From Octopus vulgaris (lineage: Eukaryota), in NCBI GenBank assembly GCA_951406725.2, contig OX597814.1:130758001-130822000 (forward strand): DNA of 64,000 bases, read 5' to 3'. The notes beneath the pieces are model-generated. The model was not told the origin of the DNA and ran no database searches. It saw only the letters and a program-made list of their open reading frames with translations. This document shows positions 1 to 14,357 of the stretch, piece after piece. Numbering within the stretch: the first letter of the stretch is position 1; every line of letters starts with the position of its first letter. Position numbers and translations under genes: made by a program.

Positions 1-233
1 TGGAACATTAATGTAGACCTCGCTTCCATATAACGTACATGGAAAAGGGAACCACAATAGAACATATTTCAATAAAAAGTATTGAAACATTAAGCAGTGT
101 CAGAGTGCTACCAAAACGTATACTGATTGTACCTATATATAAGTATGAGTACTGAGCTAGTTTTTAAATAATTTGGTTACGTGGAAAGAACAGCGGAGAA
201 CAGCACACAAATAGCCCGGTACAAAGTCTATTT

Positions 234-472
234 GGTTGTCAAACGACGTTGGGGGCAAACACAGACACACAAACATATACACACACATGCACACACATAT
301 ATATATATATATACATATACAACGGGCTTCTTTCAGTGTCCATCTACCAAATCCACTCACAAGGCTTTGGTCGGCCCGAGGCTATAGAAGACACTTGCCC
401 AAGGTGCCACGCAGTGTAACTGAACCCGGAACCATGTGGTTGGTAAGCAAGCTACTTACCACACAGCCACTC
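234..472 (-). mobile_element. tRNA-derived SINE family A (CORE-like), 3'-truncated copy
   Basis: Reverse complement of the 2737-3125 head (gagtggctgtgtggtaagtagc...ggttcagt...gcaccttgggcaagtgtcttct), with an internal TA/CA tract. Confidence 0.85.
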
Positions 473-1065
473 AATTCTAATAGACCTTGGTCTTCATTCT
501 TCCGTAGTTTCTGGAGCCTATTCACTCTAATGATGTCAAAAGGATTAAAGAAAGAGACTTGAATAGAAAGTTTACAAGTTGAAAGAAATACGATACGCGA
601 ACATATTATCTTCATGAATATATAAATAAACGTATGTATATATATATATATATATATGAATATATACATATGTATTAAATGCACACACACACATACTCAC
701 GCATATATGTATATATACATGTATATATGTATAAACATATATGTGTGTGCGCGCATAAAGCTATGTCTATGTATATATATATATATAAATATAGGGGTAT
801 TAGCTCACGCACGTATGTACGTATGTATGCGTGTATGCTTGTATGAAATGATTCGTTTTCAAAAGTTTAACGAGTAGGAAAGATATAATAGCATGTGAAT
901 GTGGAACAGTCTTTGGCTCTTTCTATCAGAACATTTCTTATCCCAAGATTTACGCACCATTATTTAGAGCTTTTCTACTTTGAGGTCAAATGTCAAAATA
1001 GAATTATTTTACACCATCGCAAACTTTCTGAATTCATATAGCGGCAACAACACATACATACGTAC

Positions 1066-1620
1066 ATGGTGGCTGCTCCCTCGTTATTGAGTATGTCCCT
1101 TGCACGAAGCTTAATCAACGTTGTTATCATGCAATGCCTGTGCAAGAAGATTTTTTTTAAAGTGAGGAAAGGCTGTGCACTGAGTCAATCCCACTCACTA
1201 AGCAACAGCAGCCATAATCCGAAAAGAAGAACAAGTCAACATCATCGGTAACCACTGAGCCGCAAGTTTTATGTCGGAGTTATCCCAGTTACCTGAGTTA
1301 GCTTCTCCAAGAAGGATGCCCTAACAAAGGCTAGGAGTCCTTCACTCCCAATGGTTTAACCGCGCGATCGGGTATTCAGTCCGATTATTTCTATGTCCCC
1401 GCGCATGATACAGCCATAAGACATTTATTGGATAGCCGTTGACTCTCAAGAGTTCCTCCGCCCTTTGATGGGTTTCGTTTTTCATCTCGCAGGGTGTCCA
1501 ATAAACACCCTCCTCACCAAGCAAGCTTGGTGGGGTTGCCGGTTTAGTCGCCGACGACCCGACCATGCAACAGGTTGTACTGGGTTACATGTTACCAGTA
1601 GCACTCGAAAGTGACCTGAC
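1066..1620 (-). mobile_element. Structured non-coding repeat resembling an RTE-type 5' UTR, flanked by (ACAT)n; copy 1
   Basis: Homologous to 10255-10910 (gtcgccgacgacccgaccatgcaacaggttgtactgggttaca vs gtagccgacaactcgactatgcgacatgttgtacttggttaca). Segment 1300-1350 resembles a motif I recall from RTE 5' UTRs. Confidence 0.5.
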
Positions 1621-2675
1621 ATACATACATACATACATACATACATATGTTGCTCAGTTAAAGCTACAGCTTTAAATCTGCTCGGACTTACTTCGCTTCG
1701 GTATTTCCCATCGATAACGGCTAAAGAGCTAGAAACGCTGCTCCTATAAACCGATAGGGGACAGCACTGGACCGATATGATGATTTTACACATTTAAAAA
1801 TTTTTTTATCATAAAAGAGAAGTTTTACTTGGCGGTAAATGCAATGAATTTGCCTTTAGAAGCTGAAATATATCACAAACGTATATTAACTAAGCTAAAT
1901 TTCCTGTATGACTAACCATTGCTAGCGCTTTACGATTATAAATATCAAAGAGAAAGAGAGAGAGGGGGAGAGAGAGAGAGACAGAAAGAGATATCAACGG
2001 ATTGAATGCCATGCATCTTCCAAGTAAGTTTTATCTTAATAATTATGATGCGCACGCCATACGATCTTTTTACTGTTTCGTTGTTCTCTCTTTCTCTCTC
2101 TTATTCTTTAACCTCCTCTTCTCCCACTATTCTATCCTATTACTCTGTCACTCTCATTCTCTCACTCCTCCTCTCCTGCTTACGTGACACCCATGTGACC
2201 ATCGGCTATCTTTCTTTCTTCGAACTTTTGTTTCTTTCTTTCACTCCGGTGTAGCTAGAACAATGAAGATGTGCTCTTGTCTGTCTCATGTCCAAGCTTT
2301 ATTTACGCGATCGCCACCACAACCTTGTTTAGGCTTCGAAGCCCTTCCTGTTTGTTTTCACTGTCCTGTTTGTTTTACCAATTTTGACCCTCCTCAAAAT
2401 ATAAAATTTAATTTAATTTCCTTTGCGGGAGCAGCTCTTTTATCAAAAGCGTATATTGTTGTTAAATGCTCGAAATACGAGAATAGAAAAGCAGCCAAAT
2501 TCTAAGAAAAGGTCATTTTTTATGTTGTTTGTCTTGTCTTCCATTTGTGTCTTTCGTTGTTCGAAAAAATAGTTAATATTCCGTATACTCGTACTTCATA
2601 TAAATTTTCTTGGTGTACACGTTTCGTGATGTCCTGTCCTGTGTACAAATATGCATATATATATATATATCTGTG

Positions 2676-2736
<61 letters not shown>

Positions 2737-2740
<4 letters not shown>

Positions 2741-3125
2741 GAGTGGCTGTGTGGTAAGTAGCTTGTTTACCAACCACATAGTTCCGGGTTCATTCCCACT
2801 GCGTGGTACCTTCGGCAACTGTCTCCTGCTATAGCCTCGAGCCGACCAAAACCTTGTGCGTGAATTTGGTAGACGGAAACTGAAAGAAGCCTGTTGTATA
2901 TATGTATGTGTGTATATATGTTTGTGTGTTTGTCCTCCCAAAATCGCTTGACAACCGATGCTGGTGTGTTTACATCACCGTAACTTAGCGGTTCGGTAAA
3001 AGAGACCGATAGAATGAGTACTAAGCTTCCAAAGAATAAGTCCTAGGGTCGCTTTGCTCGAGTAAAGGCGGTGCTCTAGCATGGCCGCAGTCAAATAACT
3101 GAAACAAGTAAAAGAGAGTAAAAGA
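2737..3125 (+). mobile_element. SINE family A, full length
   Basis: A-box-like tggctgtgtggt, B-box-like ggttcattccc, CORE-like accttcggcaactgtc, internal (TA)/(TG) tract, tail ...gactgaaacaagtaaaagag; many copies in the window. Confidence 0.9.
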
Positions 3126-3625
3126 GTATATATATATATATGCAAAATACAAAATACATCAGAATTTCGATTCAAGCATTTTGACTATGCTAGTTCTTTT
3201 CTTAAACTTCTTCTTCAACGTTATGTGCATGCATGCATGTGTATGCGTGTGTGTGCATGTATGTGTGTGTGTGTGTGTGTATGTGTGTGTGTGTGGGTGC
3301 ATGAGGGGTTAGCAGCCTACGTAATTTCCCATAGGAACGAGGTGATTTTAAATAATTACGTTAAATCAATGCGCCAAGGGTGGAGTAATATCACTATCTA
3401 ATATTGAAATTCAGAATATAATATTAAAAAAGAAATGAAAAATAAATAATAATTTTTTTACTTGTTCTATTCGAAATTTCAATTTGTACGTATTTTTTGA
3501 TTAAATTTTAATTTAACACTATGTACAGTCGATACCATGATATTGGTATTCTTATTCTTCACTATAATTTCTGTCTAAGAGTTTTACAGTTTTTATATAT
3601 TTTAATTATTACTATTTTATATGTG

Positions 3626-3990
3626 AGCTTGCAGAACCGTTAGCATGCCGGGTGAAATGCTTAGCGGTATTTCGTCAGCCGTTACGTTCTGAGTTCAAAT
3701 TCCGCCGAGGTCGACTTTGCCTTTCATCCTTTCGGGGTCGATTAAATAAGTACCAGTTACGCACTGGGGTCGATATAATCGACTTAATCCGTTTGTCTGT
3801 TCTTTTTTGCCCTCTGCTTAGCGGTATTTCGTCTGCCGCTACGTTCTGAGTTCAAATTCCACCGAGGTCGACTTTGCCTTTCATCTTTTCGCAGTCGATA
3901 AATTAAGTACCAGTTACGTACTGCGGCCGATCTAACTGACTGGTCCCCTCCCCCAAAATTTCGGGCCTTATGCCTGGGGTAGAAAAGGAT
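3626..3990 (+). mobile_element. SINE family B (tRNA head + Meta-like central domain), internally duplicated
   Basis: B box gagttcaaattcc and the block gtcgactttgcctttcatcctttcggggtcgat each occur twice; flanked by TSD-like tattttatatg. Confidence 0.85.
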
Positions 3991-4009
3991 TTTATTTTAT
4001 ATGGTTATA

Positions 4010-4390
4010 TGATTAATATGCTCGGTTTGCAATCGCATCGTTTCGGGTTCAATTCCACCGCGTGGCATCTTGGGCGAGTATTTTCTATAAAAGCTCGGAA
4101 CCGATTGATACCTCATGAGTGAATTTTGTAGACGGAAACTGTGTGGAACCTCTCATATATATCTAAATGTGTGGAACCTATCATATATATTTATTTGAGT
4201 GTGTGTTTGTTACCCCAACACTGTCGGTGTTGGTTTGTTTACATCCCCATGAAATTAGCGTTTCGGTAAAAGAGAGTTAGTACCAGGTTTTAAAACAAGT
4301 ACTAGGATCCATTTAATCGATTAAAAACCTTCAAGCGGGTGCTCCAGCATGGTAGCAGTCAAATGACTGAAACAAATAAAGGAGTTAAAG
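4010..4390 (+). mobile_element. SINE family A, diverged copy
   Basis: gggttcaattcc...tggcatcttgggcgag...gtagacggaaactg...gctccagcatggtagcagtcaaatgactgaaacaa. Confidence 0.8.
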
Positions 4391-4399
4391 AATATATAT

Positions 4400-4782
4400 A
4401 TTTGACTGAGACCTTGCTAGAGCACCACCTTGAAAGTTTTTATCGACCCCAGGACTTATTTTTTTAAGCCAAGAACTTATTCCATCGGTCATTTTGCGAA
4501 GCTGCTAAGTTACGGGGACATAAACATACCAACACCGGCTGTCAAGCGGTAATGCGAGGACAAGCACAGAGACAAAGCCACACACACGTACACACACACA
4601 CACACATACATATATATACGATAGGCTTCTTTCAGTTTCCGTCTACCAGATCCACCCACGCGGCTTTGGTCGGTCCGAGGTTGTAGTAGAAGACACTTTC
4701 TCTAGATGCCCGGCAGTGGGACTGAACCTAAAACCATGTGGTTGGGAAGCAAGCTTCTTACCAAGCAGCCACGTCTGCGCCT
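4400..4782 (-). mobile_element. SINE family A, tail-to-tail with 4010-4390
   Basis: Reverse-complement match to family A (tttcagtttccgtctacca, cttaccaagcagccac). Confidence 0.85.
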
Positions 4783-5104
4783 ATATATATAAATCTTTAG
4801 TTAATATATTCAATGAGAATATGATATACTGAATTTATATCGAGTGGTCTATTTTATTAAAGTATTTATACTATTAAAGTATTTATGTATTTAATACGAG
4901 CGATTATATATATTTTATAAAATATATTCTTATTAATATCGGGAAATCAATATTAGAAAATTCTTCAGAAAGATATATACGTGTGTAAAATAATTGTTGT
5001 ATTAAAAATATAATTATATATAAATATATGTAAATATGTATAAGTATAAATATATAATAATAAATATGACAGTTTAAAGGTTTCGAATTAAGTTTTTAAA
5101 GCAT

Positions 5105-5617
5105 TTTACGATCGTTTCGTGCGTCCCTATTATGGAATTCTATATTGATAAGCATTTATTGACAACTCTTCTGCTCTTCAGAGATATAAATGTGAAATAT
5201 GTATAATTCATCGAATGGTCGATTTTTTTAAAATATGAAGTGATATGGGAAAATGGTGTTTGTTTGAAATATAAATTTAAAATTAAAAATTACTGGTTTT
5301 GATTTTAGTAAGTACACTTTAGTATGAGAGTCTTTAAATCCATATATGCCTCCTTGGTAAGTCTTCTGAAATAATCCATAACAGTTATGTGTAAAATCCA
5401 TTATATTGTCCTGTATTCCAAATCTATTTCATAGAGTTAGATAATATAGAATAATGGAATCTTATATTGATAAGCATTTATAGATAACTCTTCTGCTCCT
5501 CAGTGATATCAAATGTGAAGTTTGTATAATTTAACGAATGGTAGTTCTTTTTAAATTATGAAGTAATATGGGAAAATGGTGTTTGTTTGAAATATAAATT
5601 AAAAATTAAAAATTAGA
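5105..5617 (-). repeat. ~165 bp direct repeat (5130-5293 / 5454-5615) with a hammerhead-like relic; probable Penelope pseudo-LTR remnant
   Basis: Shared block atggaat..tatattgataagcattta..ggaaaatggtgtttgtttgaaatataaatt; the minus strand reads ctgaagagc...gcacgaaacgatcgta. Confidence 0.6.
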
Positions 5618-5637
5618 GTTGTCTATAAATGCATACA

Positions 5638-5699
<62 letters not shown>

Positions 5700-5912
5700 C
5701 ATACATACATACATACACACAAAGATGCATGCACACACACATACGCATATACATACATAAATGCATACATACATTCATACGCACACATATACGTACATAC
5801 ACATACATACATGCACAAACACACACATACATGCATATATACATATATAAATATATACACACATCCACCATATACATACATACACACAGATGCCTACATA
5901 TATACATACATA

Positions 5913-6569
5913 CCAAAACACTCGCGTATTTGGCGTGGGAGACTATTGATCGAAAATACGATGAATACTATCTTCAACTTTGAAGCCAGAACTATCAACC
6001 CTTTTAAATAACTGGTTAATCTCCAGATGAATTAACTGAGGGAGCTTTTTATTCAAGATCGTTGTGATTTTCGATTGAAACTTGAATTTAGCATGCAGCA
6101 AGTTACTACAAGAAACATAGCTGGACACAACATCAACAACACAACCGAGGAACAGAAAGAAAACAACAGCTCAACGGGCAAACAGATTCTTTCTAGCTGT
6201 GGCCATAGAATGATTAGTGATTTATTTAATTGTTATAGAAGAGCGAAACAAAACCCCGCTGTTGGATATGTGAACAGATTGAAATCATACAATCATACTG
6301 GGACGATCTGCACTCGGAACTGAATCATTTTACTGCGAAACAATTACGCCAATAAGCAACATTTGTGGAACATAGGATAAAAGTTAGTGAATGCAACTTT
6401 ATTAAAAAAGATCTGAAATTAACCTTCTCCCACGTGGTTTTGCAGTTGAAGACATTCCAATAAATTCTAAACTGCCTGCCAGCCAAACTACATTACAGGC
6501 TAAAATAACTGACCACTGTCCCTCTACTACGACTATGGTAAATAGCAAGCACATCCGCAACGATTATTA

Positions 6570-6641
<72 letters not shown>

Positions 6642-9600
6642 CAGTAGTAGTAGTACCCAGGATTGTATAGCGGTGAAGTACGCCCTTACTAATATGTTAC
6701 AAGAAGAAAATCTTTGGCTTTGAAGCACTCTCTCGAAGAGAGAGTATTCTTTGCCAGAGTAAACAAAAGACCACCAGACACGATATTAAAAGCTGCTAAT
6801 GAAATTGGAGACGAATATTTAAAACAGAGTAATGAATCCTAATTCTGGCAGATTAACGCATGTCTACTATTGCAAATGACGTTCAAGAAGTAAACAAAAC
6901 CGAAGCAACGAAGAAAACGTCATCGGGAGTTTTGAAGACGGAGAAAAAAAGATAGCTGATTTCTGGAAGACCATGAGCCATGTGACGATGCTTATTGCTT
7001 ACAAACAAGAAAATTACTCTACACCTCACCAACAAAGAGTGAAGGAGATAAAAGTGATGTTTAGAGGTAGCAAATAGAGGGCACTCAATTGCAAACTGAT
7101 CACTCTCAATCAGGAGGTAAAAGCTATCAGTGAGAAACTCCGACATCAGAAGAGAGTAACCGAGAGAAAAATAATAATAAAAAAATTTAACTGGAACCAG
7201 GCAGTAGTGTACAGAGACATGAGATGAGAAGCAGTGAACATCATAAAATCTTCTTCACAAGAAGACATAGACTCGTTCTGGAGGAAAATTTGGGGTGAAG
7301 AAATGGTGTTTAACCAAGATGTTCGGTAACTGGAAGAAATTCGAACAAGTTCTTGTCCTTGCATTATACCCAAGACACACAACATTGAGGGTTATACCCT
7401 TATGACTGTAATCTAGAAACTTCAATATGTAAAACTACTTGGAAGAGACTTGATTGATTGATACTGATACAAGAAGCTAACATTCTACCGACCATATCTT
7501 ATCAACCTGTACCAGCAAGCTCTCAATGGGAATAGTTGCATACCAGACTGGTTAGCTCTGGCAGAGGCAAAACTGATCCCCAAATGCAGAACCACCCACA
7601 TGGCAAAAATCTACCGGCCAAGTGCATGCCAGAACTTAATGTACAAAGTATATACAACGTGTTTAAACCTTTTCCTCCAAGACCATTGTGAAAGTAATAA
7701 CATCATCACAGCAGAACAAGCAGATGGGTAGAAGGGAGGGTGGGTAAGTGCCGAAAAATTGCAGAGGTGCGGAAGCAGAAAAGAACCTAGGTTCAATGTA
7801 ACTAGACTACAAGAAAGCCTTTGATGCTGTCCCCCACTTATGGCTGCTAGAAGCCCTTCAACTTGCTAAAATTTCAGTGAGCATAGTCAAAGCCATAGCT
7901 AATCTGCCTTCATCGTGGACCACCATCTTGAAACTAAACAGAAGGAGTGATTGTATTATCACTGATACAATATCGCAAAGACATATTCCGAGCGGACAGC
8001 CTCTCTGTGATGTTGTTTGTACTTTCCGTAAATCCCTTTTCATTCATCTTAAGGAAGTCTGAAGGATATCTCACTGGTTCACAAGGAAACAGAAATACCA
8101 AAATTACACACCATTTCTTTGTGGATGACTTGAGTTTTGACTTGGTTACAACATTCTCAAAGGATACAGGACTGGCGTATGGTCAAGATAAATGTTGCTA
8201 TATGGTTGTGAAAATAGGGACTGTAAAAAAAGACTAGCAACATCTCCATCAGTGAGTTGACTGTTTCCTCTATATCTAATCAGGAATGTTACAGGTATCT
8301 ATAGGAGGATAAAACATATCATACAATGGCACCTGTAACAAAACACGTGAAACTAACGAATATTACAATCGAATAAAGAAAATTTCGACCTCGGAACTCA
8401 CTGTATTCAATAAAACAATAGCCCACAATGTTTTTGCAGTGCCAGTACTCATACCAACATTTGGGTTACTTGATTGGACGCTTGATGAGATCCGAGACAT
8501 TGATGTGAAAACCAAAAAGATACTAATAAACACACATAATTTCCACATCAGCAGTGACGTAGACCGCTGCTACCTAAAACGAAATCAAGGCGGCAGAGGT
8601 TTAACATTGATCCAAACTGCCTTTGAATGTCGTATCATATCCCTTCGGCAACATCTTTTAACCACCAAGTGTCGAAGTACATCCCAAATACGAGGCTGAT
8701 GACATTATAAGACTTGGAAGGCATCTGATTTGAGCAGCATTCCTTGGCTGATAACCTTAAATACATGCCCAAAGAAGTCGCACAACTTTACTGCAATGTA
8801 TCGTCAAATGAAAGGGTGAGCGTATGTGAGCAGAAGACCAGGCATGGATATGTTAGTAGAAAGCTCAGAGATGATAGTAACGTTGATCAACAACGGATTA
8901 CTACCTCCCACTTTGAAGGGTATGCGTTTGCAATCCATGAACAGGAAATATCAACCACTTACTAGATGCACAAAAGGGACAGATGCAGAGAGAGCAGTAA
9001 AATGTGACAGCCTATGCAGACTTTGTGGAGTTAACACCGAAGATATCACTCGCATCATAAGCAGTTGTCTGAAAATGTCATCACAGTATTATCTACTGAT
9101 GAGAAATGATGTAGCTAGGACACTGTATAACAAGGTCCGTCGGAAGGATAACCCCGAGGACATAGAAATAAGGACCCACATTATGCTAGAACTTATAGTC
9201 ACTCATAATGAAAAGGAGTACTGATGGAATGTCACAGTGAAAAGCTCAATAAAATGTAAGCGCAACAGATCTGACATAATGATCTGGAAGAGAGAAGAGA
9301 AACTGTGTACGGTTATGGAAATCAGCTGCCCAGCGGATAAAGCTAAAGATCAGTGGAAACGAAAATGCTTACGCTGAACTATTGAGAAATTCTCAGTTAC
9401 TCTATCCAGATTACAAGTCCAGGTTTGTACCTGTAATTATGGAGGCACTAGGATATGTAACGCACTGCCTAAACACCTAGATCAATTAGGAAGAAAAAAG
9501 GTGGTTCGAAGACTACAGATCCAATCCATCACTTGAACTGAAAGCAACGTGTAAATCTTTCCAGAAGTTTATCATTTAAGTATATATGAGCATATCTAGA

Positions 9601-9990
9601 CATGCATGTATATGCATGAGGATACATACATAAGACAAAACATAAAAATCTGCACACATACATACATACATACATACATACATACATACATACATACATA
9701 CATACATACATACATACATACATACATACATACATGCATACAAACATACATACATGCATACAAACATACATACATACATGCATACATTCATGCATGCATG
9801 CATACATAATACATACATGCATACAAACATACATACATACATACATACATACATACATACATACATACATACATACATACATACATACATACATACAAAA
9901 CTAGCCTGTTGATGTTGAAATTTCAAGGAGACTTGGATCTAGATTGGAAAACGGTTCTGACTCTATTAGCAAGAAATATTGAAATAAAAC
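5913..9990 (+). pseudogene. Near-full-length decayed R4/Dong-type non-LTR retrotransposon (RT + CCHC + RLE)
   Basis: Frameshifted motifs LDYKKAFDAVP, FFVDDL, PVLIPTFGLLDW...RCYLKRNQGGRGL, CRLC...EDITRIISSC, R-x-D-I and EISCP; (CATA)n on both flanks; internal (AGT)n at 6571-6654. Confidence 0.85.
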
Positions 9991-10254
9991 TGAATGGCAT
10001 GCATGCATACAAGCATACATACATACATACATACATACATACATACATACATACATACATACATACATACATACATACATACATACATACATACATACAT
10101 ACATACATGCATGCATACATGCATGCATGCATGCATACATACATACATACATACATACATACATACATACATACATACATACATACATACATACATACAT
10201 ACATACATACATACATACATACATACATACATACATACATACATACATACATGA

Positions 10255-10910
10255 TGAGTAATGTCATTGGTTGGTTTTTCTTTTCAACAAGACCAGCGCA
10301 GAATGTGGTTTTTCAGTTCTGCTTTCATCTTACAATCTTATGAACAGATGTGGCAACTATGGGTGCCTCTTGCAGCAGATGTTCAAAGAGCTTACCTCCC
10401 ACGCTGACAGATGCTTTCATTCCATTACTGAATTTTTATCGAGTATTTCGCCTTTTTCGGCAACAGCGAACCACAATTTGCAACACATAATATGGACATT
10501 AATAGGAATGTTAAAAACCAATACTGCCACTTGAAATTATTTAGAGTGAGGAAAGTATTGTACGGGACCAATCCGACTCCCTAAACAACATGTGTTTGCG
10601 AAAAATGGGCACCTAGTCAACATCAGAGGCAAACTAAGTCGCAGGTGTTACACTAGAACTGTTCATCTCCAAGAAAGATGTCTAAACAACAACAAGGGGT
10701 CTCTCACTTCAAGTTGTTGGATTGCTGTTGAGTGCTGAGTTTATTCACCCCTTGAGAAGCTTTGTCTTTCGTCCTGCAGGGTTCCACCGAAAACCACTCA
10801 CTTTACCAAGAAGATTTAATAGGGCTGCTTGTTGAGTAGCCGACAACTCGACTATGCGACATGTTGTACTTGGTTACACATTTCTAATAGCACAAAAAGT
10901 GATCTGACGT
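10255..10910 (-). mobile_element. Diverged second copy of the 1066-1620 element
   Basis: Homology over roughly 10650-10910, ending aagtgatctgac followed by ACAT repeats; left boundary uncertain. Confidence 0.5.
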
Positions 10911-11310
10911 ACATACAAACCAATCTACATCACACATATGCACACAGTTAATCAGACCAGTAGGTTATGTGAATAAAGCACTAACTCGAACTATTTAATA
11001 TCGATTAAACCGTACGTGACATACAGATGTTATTAATACTTATTTTATGGATGACTAGAGTAATGACAAGTAAAGTATAACCTGAAAACATTTGAACATA
11101 TAACATAATAATACTCATATTTCTCAACCATCACAGCCTCTCTACTACGCCTTTCTTTTTATCTTCGTCATAAATCCATGCTTATACGTCGGTCTGCGTA
11201 TGAATACATACATACATTCATACATACATATATACATACATGCATACCTATATACATACATAAATCTATATATACATACAAACATATATATACATATATA
11301 TATATATTTA

Positions 11311-11349
<39 letters not shown>

Positions 11350-11358
11350 GTATATATA

Positions 11359-11517
<159 letters not shown>

Positions 11518-11975
11518 ACATACATGTGTACATACTTTTATATTTACATACACACACACACATACATTTTATGTATGTCCGAGTCAACTGGGAATAGATT
11601 ATTCGTATACAAGCACATGTTTAATAAATAAGGTCATTAAAGAGAAAAAATGCATTTAATAATAAAAGCGATCAACATCCGCTTCTTTTCGCACAGTCTT
11701 AGCAAAAACTAGTTCAAGGAGGTTGAGCATTCATTAAACGACCAATTGGATTCTCTCATCTATGGTTTAAAGTATTGCCATCTCGCTAATGAAATACTGT
11801 TGACGTCATGGTCGCTATGTATCAGATACGCTTTAATTCCCGTTGTGCATTTTTGTTTGTTTTGCTTTTTCACATCAAAGGAGCAGAACAGTTCAAAGAG
11901 CACATATTTATGTAGGTTAATTTATAATATTCTACATCATGGTGTTGTTGGATATACACGCGCGCGCGCACACAC

Positions 11976-12014
<39 letters not shown>

Positions 12015-12054
12015 ACATACACACACATGTATTAATTTAAATGTATATGTGTGG

Positions 12055-12085
<31 letters not shown>

Positions 12086-12107
12086 TATATATGTATACAT
12101 ACATACA

Positions 12108-12159
<52 letters not shown>

Positions 12160-12424
12160 ATACATAAATACATACATACATATATATAAACATATATATA
12201 AACATATATATATATATATATATACACATAAATATATGATGTTTATATGTCTGCATATAATGTAAATGAATAGGTGTGTGTGTGTGCTAATTTACACCGC
12301 TAGAGATAAAGAGATCTAGGAAAAAATATCGACATGTCTCTGGCTTCCTCATAGTTTCCGTATGTTGATTCTTAACTCACCATTCACAGTAGTCTTGTTT
12401 ATTCTTTAATCTATTTATTACTTA

Positions 12425-12990
12425 AGGCGGCGAGCTGGCAGAAACGTTAGCACACCGGGCGAAGTGCTTAGTGGTATTTCGTCTGCCGTTACGTTCTGAG
12501 TTCAAATTACGCCGAGGTCGATAAATTAAGTCGATAAATTAAGAACCTGTTATGCACTGGAGTCGATATAATTGACTTAATCCGTTTGTCTGTCCTTGTT
12601 TGCCCCCTCTGTGCTTAGCCCCTTGTGGGTAGTAAAGAAATAGGTAATTCGTCTGCCGCTACGTTCTGAGTTCAAATTCCGCCGAGCTCAACTTTGCATT
12701 TCATCCTTTCGAGGTCGATTAAATAAGTACCAGTTGCGCACTGGGGTCGATATAATCGACTTATTCCCTTTGTCTGTCCTTATTTGTCCCCTCTGTGTTA
12801 GCATGCTGGGCGAAATGCTTAGCAGTATTTCGTCTGTCTTTACTTTCTGACTTCAAATTCTGCCGAGGTCGGCTTAGCCTTTCATCCTTTCGGGGTTGAT
12901 AAGTTAAGTACCAATTGCGTACTGGGGTTGATCTAATCGACTAGCCCCTCCCTAAAAATCTCGGACCTTGAGCCTATGGTAGAAAAGAAT
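12425..12990 (+). mobile_element. SINE family B, three tandem cores
   Basis: Starts ggcggcgagctggcagaaacg; three gttcaaatt/cttcaaatt cores; TSD-like tctattt(t)attactt on both sides. Confidence 0.88.
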
Positions 12991-13501
12991 ATTCTATTTA
13001 TTACTTGAATTTTCTACAAGAATATTCTTATAAATTTAATAAGATTTATATTTAAAAAATGATCTCAAGAGCCTCATATCTTGCAAACAAAAACAAAACA
13101 AAAACTGAATGTGAGGAAGATTAATGATGTTGTGAAAACGAATCTGATATTTCGGGGTTATCCTTATGTTAGAGTTTGAAGGCAATTTCGACTGATGGGA
13201 AAATATTTTCTCTCTCTCTGTCTTTCTCCTCTCTCTTCTTCTCCCTCCCTCTCCCTTTCTCACCCTTCCTCTTCCCGTTCTTTCTCTCTCCATCTCTTAA
13301 ACAAAATGAAAGCTACGAAAGTTAGATTCCCTAATGTCTTCGTGACATATAGTTATACGCAACGAACTTCGCTCAACTAAATTACCATATCTGATGATAT
13401 ATAAGACATAATACTTTTCTTGCAAAAAGTCTCAAAAAAATTAACCCATAACCCAATTGAACCTCCCATAAGCTAATAAAACATTCTTTAATGCACTAAA
13501 A

Positions 13502-13619
13502 CAGTGGTTTTTAACCTTTTTAATATCCGAGCCGAACCAAAAAGCTTAAACAGAAGTCAAAGAACATTTTATTATATTTATAGAGGGAAGACTGTCGAGC
13601 ACCGCCTTGAGAATCACTG
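13502..13619. mobile_element. hAT/Charlie-type MITE
   Basis: Termini cagtggtttttaa...ttgagaatcactg with a perfect 8 bp TSD cactaaaa. Confidence 0.8.
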
Positions 13620-13923
13620 CACTAAAAACATTTTTCTTGAATATGTGCTGTGAACTTGGACTATGTTTGTATACATGTGCATCTTTGATGTCATCAAATA
13701 CTGTAGTAAAATAAGAGGTAAGGGGATGTAACTATCGTTGTTATATACAAAGTCCGAGCTATTTGCCGTTTCTATCATACTGCAGCAGTATAAAAGTTGC
13801 TATGGTATGACTCACTCAATCCATTTGCAACGCTGATGTTGTTGGGGAATAAAAATGAACGTCATTCTTCAGTATCTTTTCCCGGCCTTCCTAAATTTAA
13901 TGATGATTTTTATAAATAATGTT

Positions 13924-14357
13924 GGCTCTTTTCGGTTTGAACGGCAGTTTTTTGTAGCGGTGTCATATAAAATTGTCACCCATAATTATGACCTTAGTAT
14001 CGATCTATTGCATTTCAATCTGTTTTAGGGTTAGGGTTAGTTAGGGTTAGGGTTAGGGGTGGGGTTAGGGTATCTTTTTTTTCTTCAGAAATGTAAATAA
14101 ACCCAACCTGTTTCTTAAACGGGGGACATATTCATACGGCACAGAACGTTTTTACCTCAATAGACGTCACTGATTGGTTGAAATTGCAGAAATTGAAGGA
14201 AAAACAACAACAAATATCTTGTAAACTATAGAATTTTCTTAATAAAGCCAAGAGAAAAAGATGTTTTATAAACACATTTTACCAGTATACGAAGTTTAAA
14301 AGTGTTTAGTTACGTGGAAATTGTTTTAAAAAACTGCCGTTCAAACCGAAAAGATCC
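13924..14357. mobile_element. MITE with ~29 bp TIRs, 8 bp TSD and internal TTAGGG repeats (GG..CC termini, Merlin-like)
   Basis: ggctcttttcggtttgaacggcagtttttt / aaaaaactgccgttcaaaccgaaaagatcc; TSD ataatgtt on both sides. Confidence 0.85.

Noticed and set aside
14025-14070. True telomere or chromosome fusion site
   Set aside because: Short, degenerate and internal to a TIR/TSD-bounded element
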